The notes beneath the pieces are model-generated. The model did not search any database, was not told the origin of the DNA, and saw nothing but the letters and a program-made list of their open reading frames with translations. DNA of 64,000 nucleotides from assembly GCA_031546905.1 (NCBI GenBank), contig JAVBJQ010000041.1, positions 39,102 to 103,101 of the forward strand. The letters run 5' to 3'. Positions 9,705 through 21,934 of the stretch are shown here, one piece after another. The number at the start of each line of letters is the position of its first letter. Within the stretch, counting starts at the first letter, position 1. This DNA comes from Eubacteriales bacterium. Its GTDB lineage: Bacteria > Bacillota > Clostridia > Lachnospirales > JAVBJQ01. The position numbers and the translations under genes were made by a program.

Positions 9705-10061
9705 ATGACCGATTCAAATAGTATTATCGCTTTTGTAAATCGTATTGAAAAATACAAAGCAAACCAATACAAAATATATGAACTTGATGGCAATACGGTT
9801 AAAATGTTCCAAGATGGTTTTACTAGGTATATTAGAATTTTTAGTGCGTCTGCTATAGGTATAATGGTTTCTATTGGTTGTGCTATATTACTAAAAAACA
9901 CAGTACTATTTAAAATTTTACCTTTCCCATTAACATTGATCTCTCTACTTTTTGTAATTAGCAGTATGGCAATTGCGTGCCAAACACTGAGTGTATCTGT
10001 ATCGTTGGCTAAAGCAGGAAAAATTGAAGAAAAAGGTAATATTTTAAATAAATGTAGGTAA
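9705..10061 (+). CDS. hypothetical small membrane protein (two predicted TM helices)
   Basis: The track ORF 9570..10061 begins inside the IS630 relic. An internal ATG at 9705 gives 118 aa with two hydrophobic stretches (AIGIMVSIGCAILL; FPLTLISLLFVISSMAIA). No convincing SD. Confidence 0.3.
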   Translation: MTDSNSIIAFVNRIEKYKANQYKIYELDGNTVKMFQDGFTRYIRIFSASAIGIMVSIGCAILLKNTVLFKILPFPLTLISLLFVISSMAIACQTLSVSVSLAKAGKIEEKGNILNKCR

Positions 10062-10158
10062 AGCTCGTAAAGAGCTGCAAGTAAGCACTTGGAATAGTGA
10101 CGGTAAATTGCCTTTATAAAAACACAAGAAACACTTGATTGCGGAAGGAGGATTTCTT

Positions 10159-10215
10159 ATGAGTATGTATAGGTGGTGTTTTCGAGGTAAATACTCGGTA
10201 CAGTTGCAGAATTGA
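10159..10215 (+). CDS. 18-aa peptide ORF (MSMYRWCFRGKYSVQLQN), possible radical-SAM substrate/leader peptide
   Basis: A strong SD GGAAGGAGGA ends 7 nt before the ATG. The ORF lies 110 nt upstream of, and co-oriented with, the radical SAM gene. It is below the ORF-track size cut-off. Confidence 0.3.
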   Translation: MSMYRWCFRGKYSVQLQN

Positions 10216-10324
10216 TAACACGCTGTATCGAGGTTGGTATCTATTTGTTATCAGGTCACAGACTGTACCCATTTCATGATTAATTTTTGGAATAAAAAAT
10301 ATAAAACATGAAAGAGGTATTTGT

Positions 10325-11272
10325 ATGAAAACAAATCCATATTTAGATTTAAATAGAATTGAGTTTCTTGTTACGCTCCAATGTACTGGAAAATGTAAAC
10401 ATTGTTCAGTTGGAACAAGATTGAATGAAAAAAATAGCAAGTGCGTTGATGTAGAGAAAGCAATTGATATGATTGAGAAACTTTCCACACGGTTTTCAAT
10501 TGAATCTCTAATGACATTTGGAGGAGAACCTTTACTTTATACTGAAACAGCCTGCGCTATTCACAGAGCTGCTACACAATGCAAGATTCATAAGCGACAA
10601 CTGATAACGAATGGCTATTTTTCAAAAAATTCTCAAATAATTCAAGATACAGCTAGAAAAATTTATCAAGCTGGAATTAACGATATTTTATTGTCAATTG
10701 ATGCGTTTCATCAAGAAACTATACCTATAGAACCCGTACGTACGTTTGCAGAAGAACTTATTAAATGCAATGTTCCTAGTGTTTGTTTACACCCTGCATG
10801 GGTAATCAATTCTGAACATGTGAACATTTACAATTATACAACACATACTATTTTATCTTCGCTTTCAGAATTAGGGATTGAGACAACGAATGGAAATAAT
10901 ATTTTTCCATCAGGTAATGCTGCTAAGTATCTTTCGGATTTTTATAAATTACCTGAAAATCTTGATTTGACTTTTAAGTGTGGAGAAGCACCATACACTG
11001 ACCGACTTGACAATATCCATTCTCTTTCAGTAGAGCCTAATGGTGATGTATCAGTCTGTGCATTTGTAATAGGTAACATCTATGAAAATGATATTAATTA
11101 TATCGTTGATAGCTATAACCCATTTTCTAACGACATGATGAAAGCATTGATAGATGGTGGTGTTAATGCACTTCTGTGTTATGCTGAAGAACATGGTAAG
11201 CAAGTAGATGTGAGTGATTGTTATTCGGTATGCTCAGTATGTAGAAAAATAGTTAGTAGCTTCACGGCTTGA
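10325..11272 (+). CDS. radical SAM protein with SPASM/twitch-like C-terminal Cys cluster
   Basis: CTGKCKHC (CxxxCxxC) at aa 20-27, with GGEPLL, ITNGYF and LLSIDAFH motifs. The C-terminus has C..EPNGDVSVC (G-x4-C) and DCYSVCSVC cysteine motifs. Confidence 0.85.
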   Translation: MKTNPYLDLNRIEFLVTLQCTGKCKHCSVGTRLNEKNSKCVDVEKAIDMIEKLSTRFSIESLMTFGGEPLLYTETACAIHRAATQCKIHKRQLITNGYFSKNSQIIQDTARKIYQAGINDILLSIDAFHQETIPIEPVRTFAEELIKCNVPSVCLHPAWVINSEHVNIYNYTTHTILSSLSELGIETTNGNNIFPSGNAAKYLSDFYKLPENLDLTFKCGEAPYTDRLDNIHSLSVEPNGDVSVCAFVIGNIYENDINYIVDSYNPFSNDMMKALIDGGVNALLCYAEEHGKQVDVSDCYSVCSVCRKIVSSFTA

Positions 11273-11351
11273 CCTGTCGATAATAAGCAGATAGCAATAT
11301 GCCCCTATTTTTAAATAACCTCGTAAGTAATTGAATTATCAACGTCAATCT

Positions 11352-11382
11352 AAGCTCGGCATTTTGTTGTCGAGCTTTTTTA
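11352..11382 (+). terminator. rho-independent terminator after radical SAM gene
   Basis: AAGCTCG / CGAGCTT stem with a 12-nt loop, followed by TTTTTT. Confidence 0.6.
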
Positions 11383-11514
11383 GTTCTTTAAACTTAACAC
11401 CGTTACTAAGCAAGGCTATAAGATGAACAGAAATTTTACACCTCTAATGCTAAAACATGTATACATGTTTCTTTGTAGTAAAAACAGTATGTACATACAG
11501 GATTACCAGCACCC

Positions 11515-11562
11515 AATCAAAAAACCCCCGAAAAGCCTAATCGTATCAGCTTTTCGGGGGTT
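11515..11562 (-). terminator. rho-independent terminator of guaA
   Basis: 12-bp GC-rich stem CCCCCGAAAAGC / GCTTTTCGGGGG followed by a U-run on the minus strand, immediately after the guaA stop. Confidence 0.85.
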
Positions 11563-11569
11563 CTTTATT

Positions 11570-13102
11570 CTACTCCCACTCAATCGTTGCTGGTGGTTTT
11601 GAAGTTATATCATATACAATTCTGTTTACATTGGAAACTTCATTTACAATTCTTGTGGATATTTTTTCAAGAATGTCATAAGGTATCCTAGCCCAATCAG
11701 CAGTCATTGCATCGGTACTGGTCACAGCACGTAAAGCAATGGTGTAACTGTATGTTCTTTCATCACCCATTACCCCAACACTTCTAATGCCGGTTAGTAC
11801 AGTGAAGTATTGCCAAATTTCTTTATCAAGCCCTGCTTTTGCAATTTCATCTCTAAAAACAAAATCGGTTTCTCTTAACGTATCAAGTTTTTCTTTTGTA
11901 ATTTCCCCAATTACACGAATGGCAAGTCCTGGCCCTGGGAATGGTTGACGTCTTACAAGAAATTCTGGTATGTCAAGGGCTAATCCAAGTTCTCTTACTT
12001 CGTCTTTAAATAGTTCTCTTAGTGGCTCAATAATTTCTTTAAAATCAATTACATCTGGTAATCCACCTACGTTGTGGTGACTTTTGATTACAGCAGATGT
12101 TTTTGTGCCACTTTCGATGATGTCTGGGTAAATAGTTCCTTGTACAAGAAAATCAACAGAACCTAGTTTTCTGCCTTCTTCTTCAAAAATCCTAATAAAT
12201 TCTTCGCCAATTATTTTTCTTTTGGTTTCTGGATCAGAAACGCCTTTTAGTTTACCTAAAAATCGTTCTTCTGCATCAACTCTGATTAGATTCATGTCAA
12301 ACTTATTTTTAAAAATTTCTTCTACTTCGTCGCCTTCATTTAATCTCAGTAAACCGTGGTCTACAAAAATACAAGTAAGTTGTTTGCCAACTGCTTTGTG
12401 CAACATAACGGCTGCTACCGAGGAGTCAACACCACCAGATAATGCACAAAGAACTTTTTTGTCTCCAATTTTTTCTCTTAAAGCCGCAATAGATTCTTCA
12501 GCAAAGTTCTCCATAATCCATTCTGCTTTCACTTCACAAACTTGGAACAAAAAGTTTTTAAGAATGTCATATCCAAAAGGAGTATGCACTACTTCTGGGT
12601 GAAATTGAACCCCATATAACTTTCTTTTTTCATTGGCAATTGCCGCTGTTTCACAAGTTTTGGTAGAAGCAATAATTTCAAAATCAGCAGGAAGTTTGGA
12701 TAAATAATAAGTGTGGCTCATCCAACAAGTTGTGTCTTCCGCTAACCCTTTGAAAAGTAAGTTAGTATTTTTTAACGTTAAGTCAGTTTTACCATATTCT
12801 TTTTGGCTGGCTCTTGAAACTTCACCACCTAAAATATGACCCATCAGTTGACAACCATAACAAATGCCTAAAATGGGGATGCCTAAATCAAACATTTCTT
12901 TTTCAACAATTGGCGCATCTTTTTCAGAAACAACGCTAGGCCCACCTGTAAAAATAATTCCCTTGGGATTTTTCTCTTTTATGACATCTAACGGTGTGTC
13001 ATAAGGCAAAACTTCACAGTAAACATTCAGTTCTCTCACACGTCTGGCAATGAGCTGATTATACTGTCCGCCAAAGTCAATTACAATGATCTTATCATAC
13101 AT
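11570..13102 (-). CDS. guaA: GMP synthase (glutamine-hydrolysing)
   Basis: 510 aa with a GATase domain ([12 protein letters not shown]), the ATP-PPase motif SGGVDSS, and a conserved C-terminal PPATIEWE. Confidence 0.97.
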   Translation of the reverse strand: MYDKIIVIDFGGQYNQLIARRVRELNVYCEVLPYDTPLDVIKEKNPKGIIFTGGPSVVSEKDAPIVEKEMFDLGIPILGICYGCQLMGHILGGEVSRASQKEYGKTDLTLKNTNLLFKGLAEDTTCWMSHTYYLSKLPADFEIIASTKTCETAAIANEKRKLYGVQFHPEVVHTPFGYDILKNFLFQVCEVKAEWIMENFAEESIAALREKIGDKKVLCALSGGVDSSVAAVMLHKAVGKQLTCIFVDHGLLRLNEGDEVEEIFKNKFDMNLIRVDAEERFLGKLKGVSDPETKRKIIGEEFIRIFEEEGRKLGSVDFLVQGTIYPDIIESGTKTSAVIKSHHNVGGLPDVIDFKEIIEPLRELFKDEVRELGLALDIPEFLVRRQPFPGPGLAIRVIGEITKEKLDTLRETDFVFRDEIAKAGLDKEIWQYFTVLTGIRSVGVMGDERTYSYTIALRAVTSTDAMTADWARIPYDILEKISTRIVNEVSNVNRIVYDITSKPPATIEWE

Positions 13103-13116
13103 TTTTGTTTTGCCTC

Positions 13117-15115
<1,999 letters not shown>

Positions 15116-15263
15116 AAAATAAATAGCTCCTTTTTTTTCAACATATAGCTGCTAAGGATAATAATCAGTATAATCAGTATACCACCACTGATACTTCCAA
15201 AAATATATTATTAGATATAATACAATATGTCCATGGCTTTGTCTATACCGTACCTCTTATTAT

Positions 15264-15306
15264 CCAAAAAAATCCTTGAAAGCAATGCTTTCAAGGATTT
15301 TTTTTG
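15264..15306 (-). terminator. rho-independent terminator of groESL operon (bidirectional shape)
   Basis: Perfect 12-bp stem ATCCTTGAAAGC / GCTTTCAAGGAT with a 3-nt loop, flanked by A- and T-runs. Confidence 0.85.
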
Positions 15307-15315
15307 GAACTTTAA

Positions 15316-16941
<1,626 letters not shown>

Positions 16942-16968
16942 TCATTTCCTCCTTTTATAAAAAATATG

Positions 16969-17256
16969 TTAGTTTTCGATAATCGCTAAAATATCGCTTT
17001 GTTTCACGATAATGTATTCTTTGCTTTCTACTTTTACTTCTGTTCCTGCATATTTTGAGTAAATTACTTTGTCGCCAACTTTTACTTGCATTACAACTTC
17101 TTTACCATCAACGATTCCACCAGGACCAACTGCAACTACTTCTGCTTCTTGTGGCTTTTCTTTTGCTTGACTTGGTAAAACGATTCCTGATTTAGTTTTT
17201 TCTTCTGCTTCTAGTTGTTTAATTACAACTCTGTCACCTAATGGTTTAAGGTTCAT
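16969..17256 (-). CDS. groES: co-chaperonin GroES
   Basis: [14 protein letters not shown]... An AGGAGG SD lies 8 nt upstream of the ATG at 17256. The track ORF start at 17310 is an upstream in-frame extension without an SD. Confidence 0.95.
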   Translation of the reverse strand: MNLKPLGDRVVIKQLEAEEKTKSGIVLPSQAKEKPQEAEVVAVGPGGIVDGKEVVMQVKVGDKVIYSKYAGTEVKVESKEYIIVKQSDILAIIEN

Positions 17257-17303
17257 AAGATTAAGCCTCCTATTTATTTTAAATGTTTTATGGTTTTTTC
17301 TTG

Positions 17304-17330
17304 TTAGCACTCTCCATAATCGAGTGCTAA
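17304..17330 (-). promoter_or_regulatory. CIRCE operator (HrcA binding site)
   Basis: Perfect TTAGCACTC-N9-GAGTGCTAA inverted repeat between the promoter and the groES SD. Confidence 0.95.
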
Positions 17331-17341
17331 TTACAATTACT

Positions 17342-17370
17342 ATATTAGTTTAAGACTATTCATTATGCAA
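17342..17370 (-). promoter_or_regulatory. sigma-A type promoter of groESL
   Basis: On the minus strand: TTGCAT, 17 nt, TAATAT, positioned just upstream of CIRCE. Confidence 0.6.
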
Positions 17371-17447
17371 ATTTCTTTTTCAGCTAAAATATCCCATTTG
17401 CAATTATTATCATAAAAATTCATTCTTATACTTCCATTTTCTTTCAA

Positions 17448-18185
17448 TTAGTTAATTTTTGAGAATAATTCAATTATTTTACTATATATATTTTGGACAA
17501 CAGGTAAATAGAACAAGACAGGAATGAATATGGCTGGGAGTAAGTTGCCAACTTTGATAGCTTTTATTTTCAGCATATTCAACCCCAACGCTGTAATGAT
17601 AATTCCCCCAACGATGGAAATTTCTCTTAACATATCCGCTGTCAAAAAGTTTTGGACATGAGATGACAAAATTGTAAGTGTTCCTTGATAAACAAAAACA
17701 CTAACAGCGGAAAATACAACGCCAACTCCCATGGTAGAAGAAAAAATAATACTGGTTATGCCGTCTAAAATTGACTTGGCAAATAATGTTGTATGTACAC
17801 CTTTTACGCCGCTCTCAATAGAGCCTAAAATTGCCATTGTTCCTACACAAAACAAAAGACTGGCGGTAACAAACCCATGAGATATGCCACTTTCATTTTT
17901 AGCGAACCGAGCTTGTAGCATATCCCCTAACTTCCCTAACCTTTTTTCAATATCAATCCATTCGCCAATGAAACCACCGATGGCAAGGCTTACGATAAAT
18001 AAAATAGGATTTGCGTCCTTTAACATAAGTTTTGAAACTGCACCGCTAATCCCTACAAATAAAACCGACAAACCCACTGCATTTAAAACAATTTCCTCAT
18101 ATCTTTTTTTCAACCCGCCTTTGATAAGCAGTCCTATGATGCTTCCCAAAATAATTGCTATACTGTTCACGATTGTCCCTAACAC
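17448..18185 (-). CDS. DUF554-family membrane protein
   Basis: Multi-TM protein. LGTIVNSIAIILGSIIGLLIKGGL matches the usual DUF554 N-terminus. GGAG lies 7 nt upstream of GTG at 18185; the track start at 18254 adds an unlikely 23-aa extension. Confidence 0.75.
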   Translation of the reverse strand: MLGTIVNSIAIILGSIIGLLIKGGLKKRYEEIVLNAVGLSVLFVGISGAVSKLMLKDANPILFIVSLAIGGFIGEWIDIEKRLGKLGDMLQARFAKNESGISHGFVTASLLFCVGTMAILGSIESGVKGVHTTLFAKSILDGITSIIFSSTMGVGVVFSAVSVFVYQGTLTILSSHVQNFLTADMLREISIVGGIIITALGLNMLKIKAIKVGNLLPAIFIPVLFYLPVVQNIYSKIIELFSKIN

Positions 18186-18232
18186 ACAAAAACTCCTTAA
18201 AAAAGGCGTTCTACTGAACGCCTTTATATTCT

Positions 18233-18640
18233 TTACATAGCCGTTAAAAGCCATTTAACTCCAAATTTATCCACCACAGAACCATGGGCTTTGGCGAAAA
18301 ATGTTTTTTCTAATTCCATTACCGCTGTTCCTTCTTTTTTAAGTTCATCAAAAATTCTTTTTATGTTTTCTTCTGAATCGATAGTAAGTCCAATGGCTAC
18401 TTTATTTCCAACAACCGCTTCACCTTTGTTATATCCATCAGATAACATGATTTGACTTCCGTAAATATCCATGAGGCAGTGAACAATATTATTTTTCGCT
18501 TCTTCTGGAACTGGAAAATTTGGGTTAGGAGGCAGGTCCCCCATTTTTTGAAGTTGAAGTGCTTTTGTTTCAAACACTTTTTCATAAAAAGTAATTGCAT
18601 CTCCACAATTTCCATCAAACATAAAATAAGGATTAATCAT
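18233..18640 (-). CDS. VOC/glyoxalase-fold protein (PhnB-like)
   Basis: MINPYFMFDGNCGDAITFYEKVF.. is a typical PhnB-like N-terminus. AAGGAG SD lies upstream of the ATG at 18640. Confidence 0.75.
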   Translation of the reverse strand: MINPYFMFDGNCGDAITFYEKVFETKALQLQKMGDLPPNPNFPVPEEAKNNIVHCLMDIYGSQIMLSDGYNKGEAVVGNKVAIGLTIDSEENIKRIFDELKKEGTAVMELEKTFFAKAHGSVVDKFGVKWLLTAM

Positions 18641-18723
18641 TTTAAAAACTCCTTTGTAAGTATATTTTAAATTCTTAAGAAACAAGAACTTAATATCAGT
18701 ATTTCTTCATTTAGGATTTTAAA

Positions 18724-19215
18724 TCATATTACCATAAATAAAAATGCTATCACCCAGACCATCAACACCACACCAAAACAACACAGTACTTTTTTCAGAA
18801 GACTTATTTTTCTGGAACGACTGATCGTGTCACAAAAAGATACCCCGATAATTCCAATAATGGCACCAATAAATCCAAATGTAAACGTTGGTGACATACA
18901 AAGCAAGAAAAATACATAAAATAATTTTTGACGTTCTAACATGGGGGTAAATACTGCACCTGTTTCCAATAATTTTCCATCTACTGCGATGCCTTTCACT
19001 TCTTTTGATATAATGCCACCACGAATGACAATATAAATTGGATGCCCCTCAAAGTCAATGAGAAAGTCTTTGTCATTAGAGAAAAAATCAAATGTAATAA
19101 ATTGTTGGTCCCCATCATCGATGGAATAGCGCCAACGCCCTTTCGTTGTAACTTTTATGATGTGCTCCACATCATATATTGTAAACTTCCATTCATATTC
19201 TGTTGATTTAGCCAT
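18724..19215 (-). CDS. hypothetical membrane protein
   Basis: 163-aa ORF with a soluble N-terminal half and three C-terminal hydrophobic helices. No recognised motif. Confidence 0.5.
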   Translation of the reverse strand: MAKSTEYEWKFTIYDVEHIIKVTTKGRWRYSIDDGDQQFITFDFFSNDKDFLIDFEGHPIYIVIRGGIISKEVKGIAVDGKLLETGAVFTPMLERQKLFYVFFLLCMSPTFTFGFIGAIIGIIGVSFCDTISRSRKISLLKKVLCCFGVVLMVWVIAFLFMVI

Positions 19216-19226
19216 TAAAATTCCCC

Positions 19227-20117
19227 TTATTTTTTCCCTATTTGAAGTGTTCTTGCATAATGAAACAAGTATTGTTGTGCAAAACCAGCGTACTCCCCAA
19301 AATGTTTTTTTGCAAAATCTTGCATTTCTTGTATGGCTACCGGTTGGTTATTAAAATAAAAATACTGCATCACTCGTTTCACCCAAACGTCTGTGGGAAA
19401 AACTTCTTTTCTTCCGCATGAAAAAAGCATCACACAGTCGGATACTTTGTCCCCCACACCAGCAATTTTCATTAGAGTAGATTTTAGTTCCCTTGTTTCC
19501 AAGTCGTTTATTTCACTGCTATTAATTTCCCTTGTATTCACTTTATGTACTGCATCTAAAATATATTTTGCACGAAAGCCTGTTTTACAGAGCATTAACG
19601 CTGAAACATCGGCTTCCAAAAGCTGTTCTACACTTGGAAAGGCGTAACAATTATCAAATCCTTCTATCTTATCGCCATAACGTTGACTGATATTTTGTAT
19701 GATTTGCTGAATTCTTGGTATTCTGTTGTTTTGAGATATAATAAAGGAAATAAGTCCTTCGAAAAAGTCTTGATTCAGTATTCTAATTCCTGGTGCATAC
19801 AAAACGGCATCACGAAGTACAAAGTCATTGTCCGATAAAATATCTTTTATGTAGTTGTAATTTCTTTTTAAATCAAAATAAGGTATCCACACAGTTTCAA
19901 ATTCACTTTCGTTGGTTGGATAAAATATTATTTTTTCATCATCTTGGGTTATTCTTAACACCTTGTGATGAGCGATTATCATATAATCATTATGGTTCAG
20001 TTTTAAAAATCGAAAACATTGACCACACTCAAGGGTTTCAGAAATAATAAAGCTGTCAAATTCTGTGAGTATTATTTTCTCACCCAGCTGTTCATATTTA
20101 ATTTCATACCACCTCAC
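19227..20117 (-). CDS. 8-oxoguanine DNA glycosylase / HhH-GPD family DNA glycosylase
   Basis: 296 aa. ETLECGQCFRF N-terminal motif and HhH-GPD region LMKIAGVGDKVSDCVMLF..FPTDVWVKR. Confidence 0.8.
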   Translation of the reverse strand: MRWYEIKYEQLGEKIILTEFDSFIISETLECGQCFRFLKLNHNDYMIIAHHKVLRITQDDEKIIFYPTNESEFETVWIPYFDLKRNYNYIKDILSDNDFVLRDAVLYAPGIRILNQDFFEGLISFIISQNNRIPRIQQIIQNISQRYGDKIEGFDNCYAFPSVEQLLEADVSALMLCKTGFRAKYILDAVHKVNTREINSSEINDLETRELKSTLMKIAGVGDKVSDCVMLFSCGRKEVFPTDVWVKRVMQYFYFNNQPVAIQEMQDFAKKHFGEYAGFAQQYLFHYARTLQIGKK

Positions 20118-20272
20118 TTATAAAAAATGAATAACTTTACTATAGTATAATTTTACGATTACCGCAACACGAAACTTCATGATCTTGTACAAAAAAAATT
20201 CGTGTCAGGAAAATAATATGGGGTTAACGATTATTCCCATTCGTCCATTCACGAATCTTTTTTTATAAAAAA

Positions 20273-20596
20273 CTAAATTCCTTTAAATAAAGAATATATG
20301 GTAACCGCCAACAAGGCACAACACAAAAACATACACATATTTAAAATATAATCAAAAACGTCATTTCTTGATTTGGATGCTGTTTTCGTTTGTTGTGGTT
20401 TTTTTGTGGCAACTTGATAAGGACTTGTGGCAATTATATTTTTTTCAATATATCCATTGATTATTTTTTCGGCTTCCATTACCAAGTCAACTGGAACTTG
20501 ATTTTTTGCAATATCATTTTTCATAATAAAAATTACTTGTTCGTAACAGTTTGATGCCTGACCGTTAATTAATATTACTTTTTTGTTTGGGTTCAT
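20273..20596 (-). CDS. hypothetical protein with C-terminal TM anchor
   Basis: 107-aa ORF with AAGGAGGAA SD upstream and one C-terminal hydrophobic helix. Confidence 0.5.
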   Translation of the reverse strand: MNPNKKVILINGQASNCYEQVIFIMKNDIAKNQVPVDLVMEAEKIINGYIEKNIIATSPYQVATKKPQQTKTASKSRNDVFDYILNMCMFLCCALLAVTIYSLFKGI

Positions 20597-20797
20597 CCTA
20601 AATTCCTCCTTGTATTATTTTTATGGTTTGTTAAGTTCTTCTTCTATAGGAAAATCTTTCCCACCGAATTGGAATTTTATACAATAAAGGTGTACAACTT
20701 CTTCAATATCTCATATACTACTATTAATCATCTAATTCTAACTTGTATTAGAGGCAAATGAGTTTAAAAGCAACATAATGAAAAGGAGGCGATTACA

Positions 20798-21865
20798 ATT
20801 ATTACATTTGGATTAGTTGGAAGTGGGTGGAGAGCTGAATTTTATCTTCGGATAGCTTCTCTTGCCAGTAGCATATTTCAAATTAGCGGGGTTGTTACCA
20901 CCAATCAAGAAAAAGCAGAAAAATTTAAAAAAGAATATGGGGTCCCTACATTTAATACAATAGATGAACTTTTAGAAAACACATCTCCGTCATTTGTTGT
21001 GGTTTCTGTATTAAAAACGGTTGGTGCTGATGTAACACTTGCCCTTAATAAAAGAGGTATCCCTGTATTAATGGAAACGCCAGCGGCGGCTGATGTAGAA
21101 CAATTAATCAAAATCAATAGTGAAATCAATCCAAGTATAAAAGTACAAGTTGCAGAGCAATATTTTTTACAACCACTGCATCATGCACGCCTTAACTACA
21201 TAAAGACCAATAGATTAGGAAATATCTATCAAGCAACTATCTCCTTTACACAAGGCTACCACGCCATTAGTCTTATGCGAAAATATCTTGGTGTCCAGTT
21301 TGAAAATGTCCGTATCACTGCAAAAAAAATACTCGTACCCTCTATTGCTGGTCCTAGCAGAAATGGAGAGCCGACTTTTGAAAACAGGATAGCACAAAAA
21401 CAAATCATGGGAATTTTTGAGTTTGGAGAAAAAACAGGAATATTCAATTTCGAAAATGACCAGCATCGCTCGTGGATTCGCTCACAAGTGATACAAATAA
21501 AAGGAGAGCGTGGAGAAATTTTTAATACCGACATAAAATATCTGAAAGATTACAGAACGCCACTATACGCAAACTTTCGTCGAAAAAATATGGGAGAGGA
21601 TGAAAACTTAGAAGGATATGGCATAAAAGGCATTGTTTCAGATGGCGAGTGGTATTATCAAAATCCTTTTATGAATTTTCGATTATCCGATGATGAACTT
21701 GCCATTGCAACCTCCCTTTTTAAAATGGAGGAGTATATAAATGGGGGCAGCTCCTTTTATAGTTTAGCAGAAGCTTCCCAAGATTTATATTTAACCATTT
21801 TAATGGAGCAAGCTGCGGATACCGAGACAATTGTCACCTCCCAATCTCAAATTTGGTCAAATTAA
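20798..21865 (+). CDS. Gfo/Idh/MocA-family oxidoreductase (probable ATT start)
   Basis: The track ORF starts at GTG 20999, but the Rossmann N-terminus ITFGLVGSGWRAEFYLRIA is encoded in frame upstream. AGGAGG lies at 20784-20789, 8 nt before ATT at 20798. No ATG/GTG/TTG occurs in frame between the stop at 20765 and 20999. Confidence 0.75.
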   Translation: MITFGLVGSGWRAEFYLRIASLASSIFQISGVVTTNQEKAEKFKKEYGVPTFNTIDELLENTSPSFVVVSVLKTVGADVTLALNKRGIPVLMETPAAADVEQLIKINSEINPSIKVQVAEQYFLQPLHHARLNYIKTNRLGNIYQATISFTQGYHAISLMRKYLGVQFENVRITAKKILVPSIAGPSRNGEPTFENRIAQKQIMGIFEFGEKTGIFNFENDQHRSWIRSQVIQIKGERGEIFNTDIKYLKDYRTPLYANFRRKNMGEDENLEGYGIKGIVSDGEWYYQNPFMNFRLSDDELAIATSLFKMEEYINGGSSFYSLAEASQDLYLTILMEQAADTETIVTSQSQIWSN

Positions 21866-21934
21866 AATATTGTATCTATCGTTATTATTTGATATTATAT
21901 ATTAAAATAAAACGATAAAGAAAGGTGTGTTACT

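Noticed and set aside
10114-10488. 124-aa minus-strand ORF spanning the peptide ORF and the radical SAM start
   Set aside because: It overlaps the well-supported rSAM N-terminus in antisense, has no SD and reads as hydrophobic junk. The plus-strand SD-preceded peptide ORF and rSAM gene explain the region better.
15116-15262. Possible purine/guanine riboswitch upstream of the membrane-protein/guaB/guaA operon
   Set aside because: I looked for the conserved purine-riboswitch core (UAUAAUC..GGAUAUGGC..UUUCUACC..CCGUAAAU..GACUAUG) on the minus strand and did not find it. Only a short ATCAGT/ACTGAT hairpin is present.
20237-20262. Hairpin ATTCGT/ACGAAT plus T-run on the plus strand between ogg and the 107-aa gene
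   Set aside because: There is no plus-strand gene upstream to terminate, and the minus-strand version lacks a U-tract. It is a weak 6-bp stem, so it was not called.
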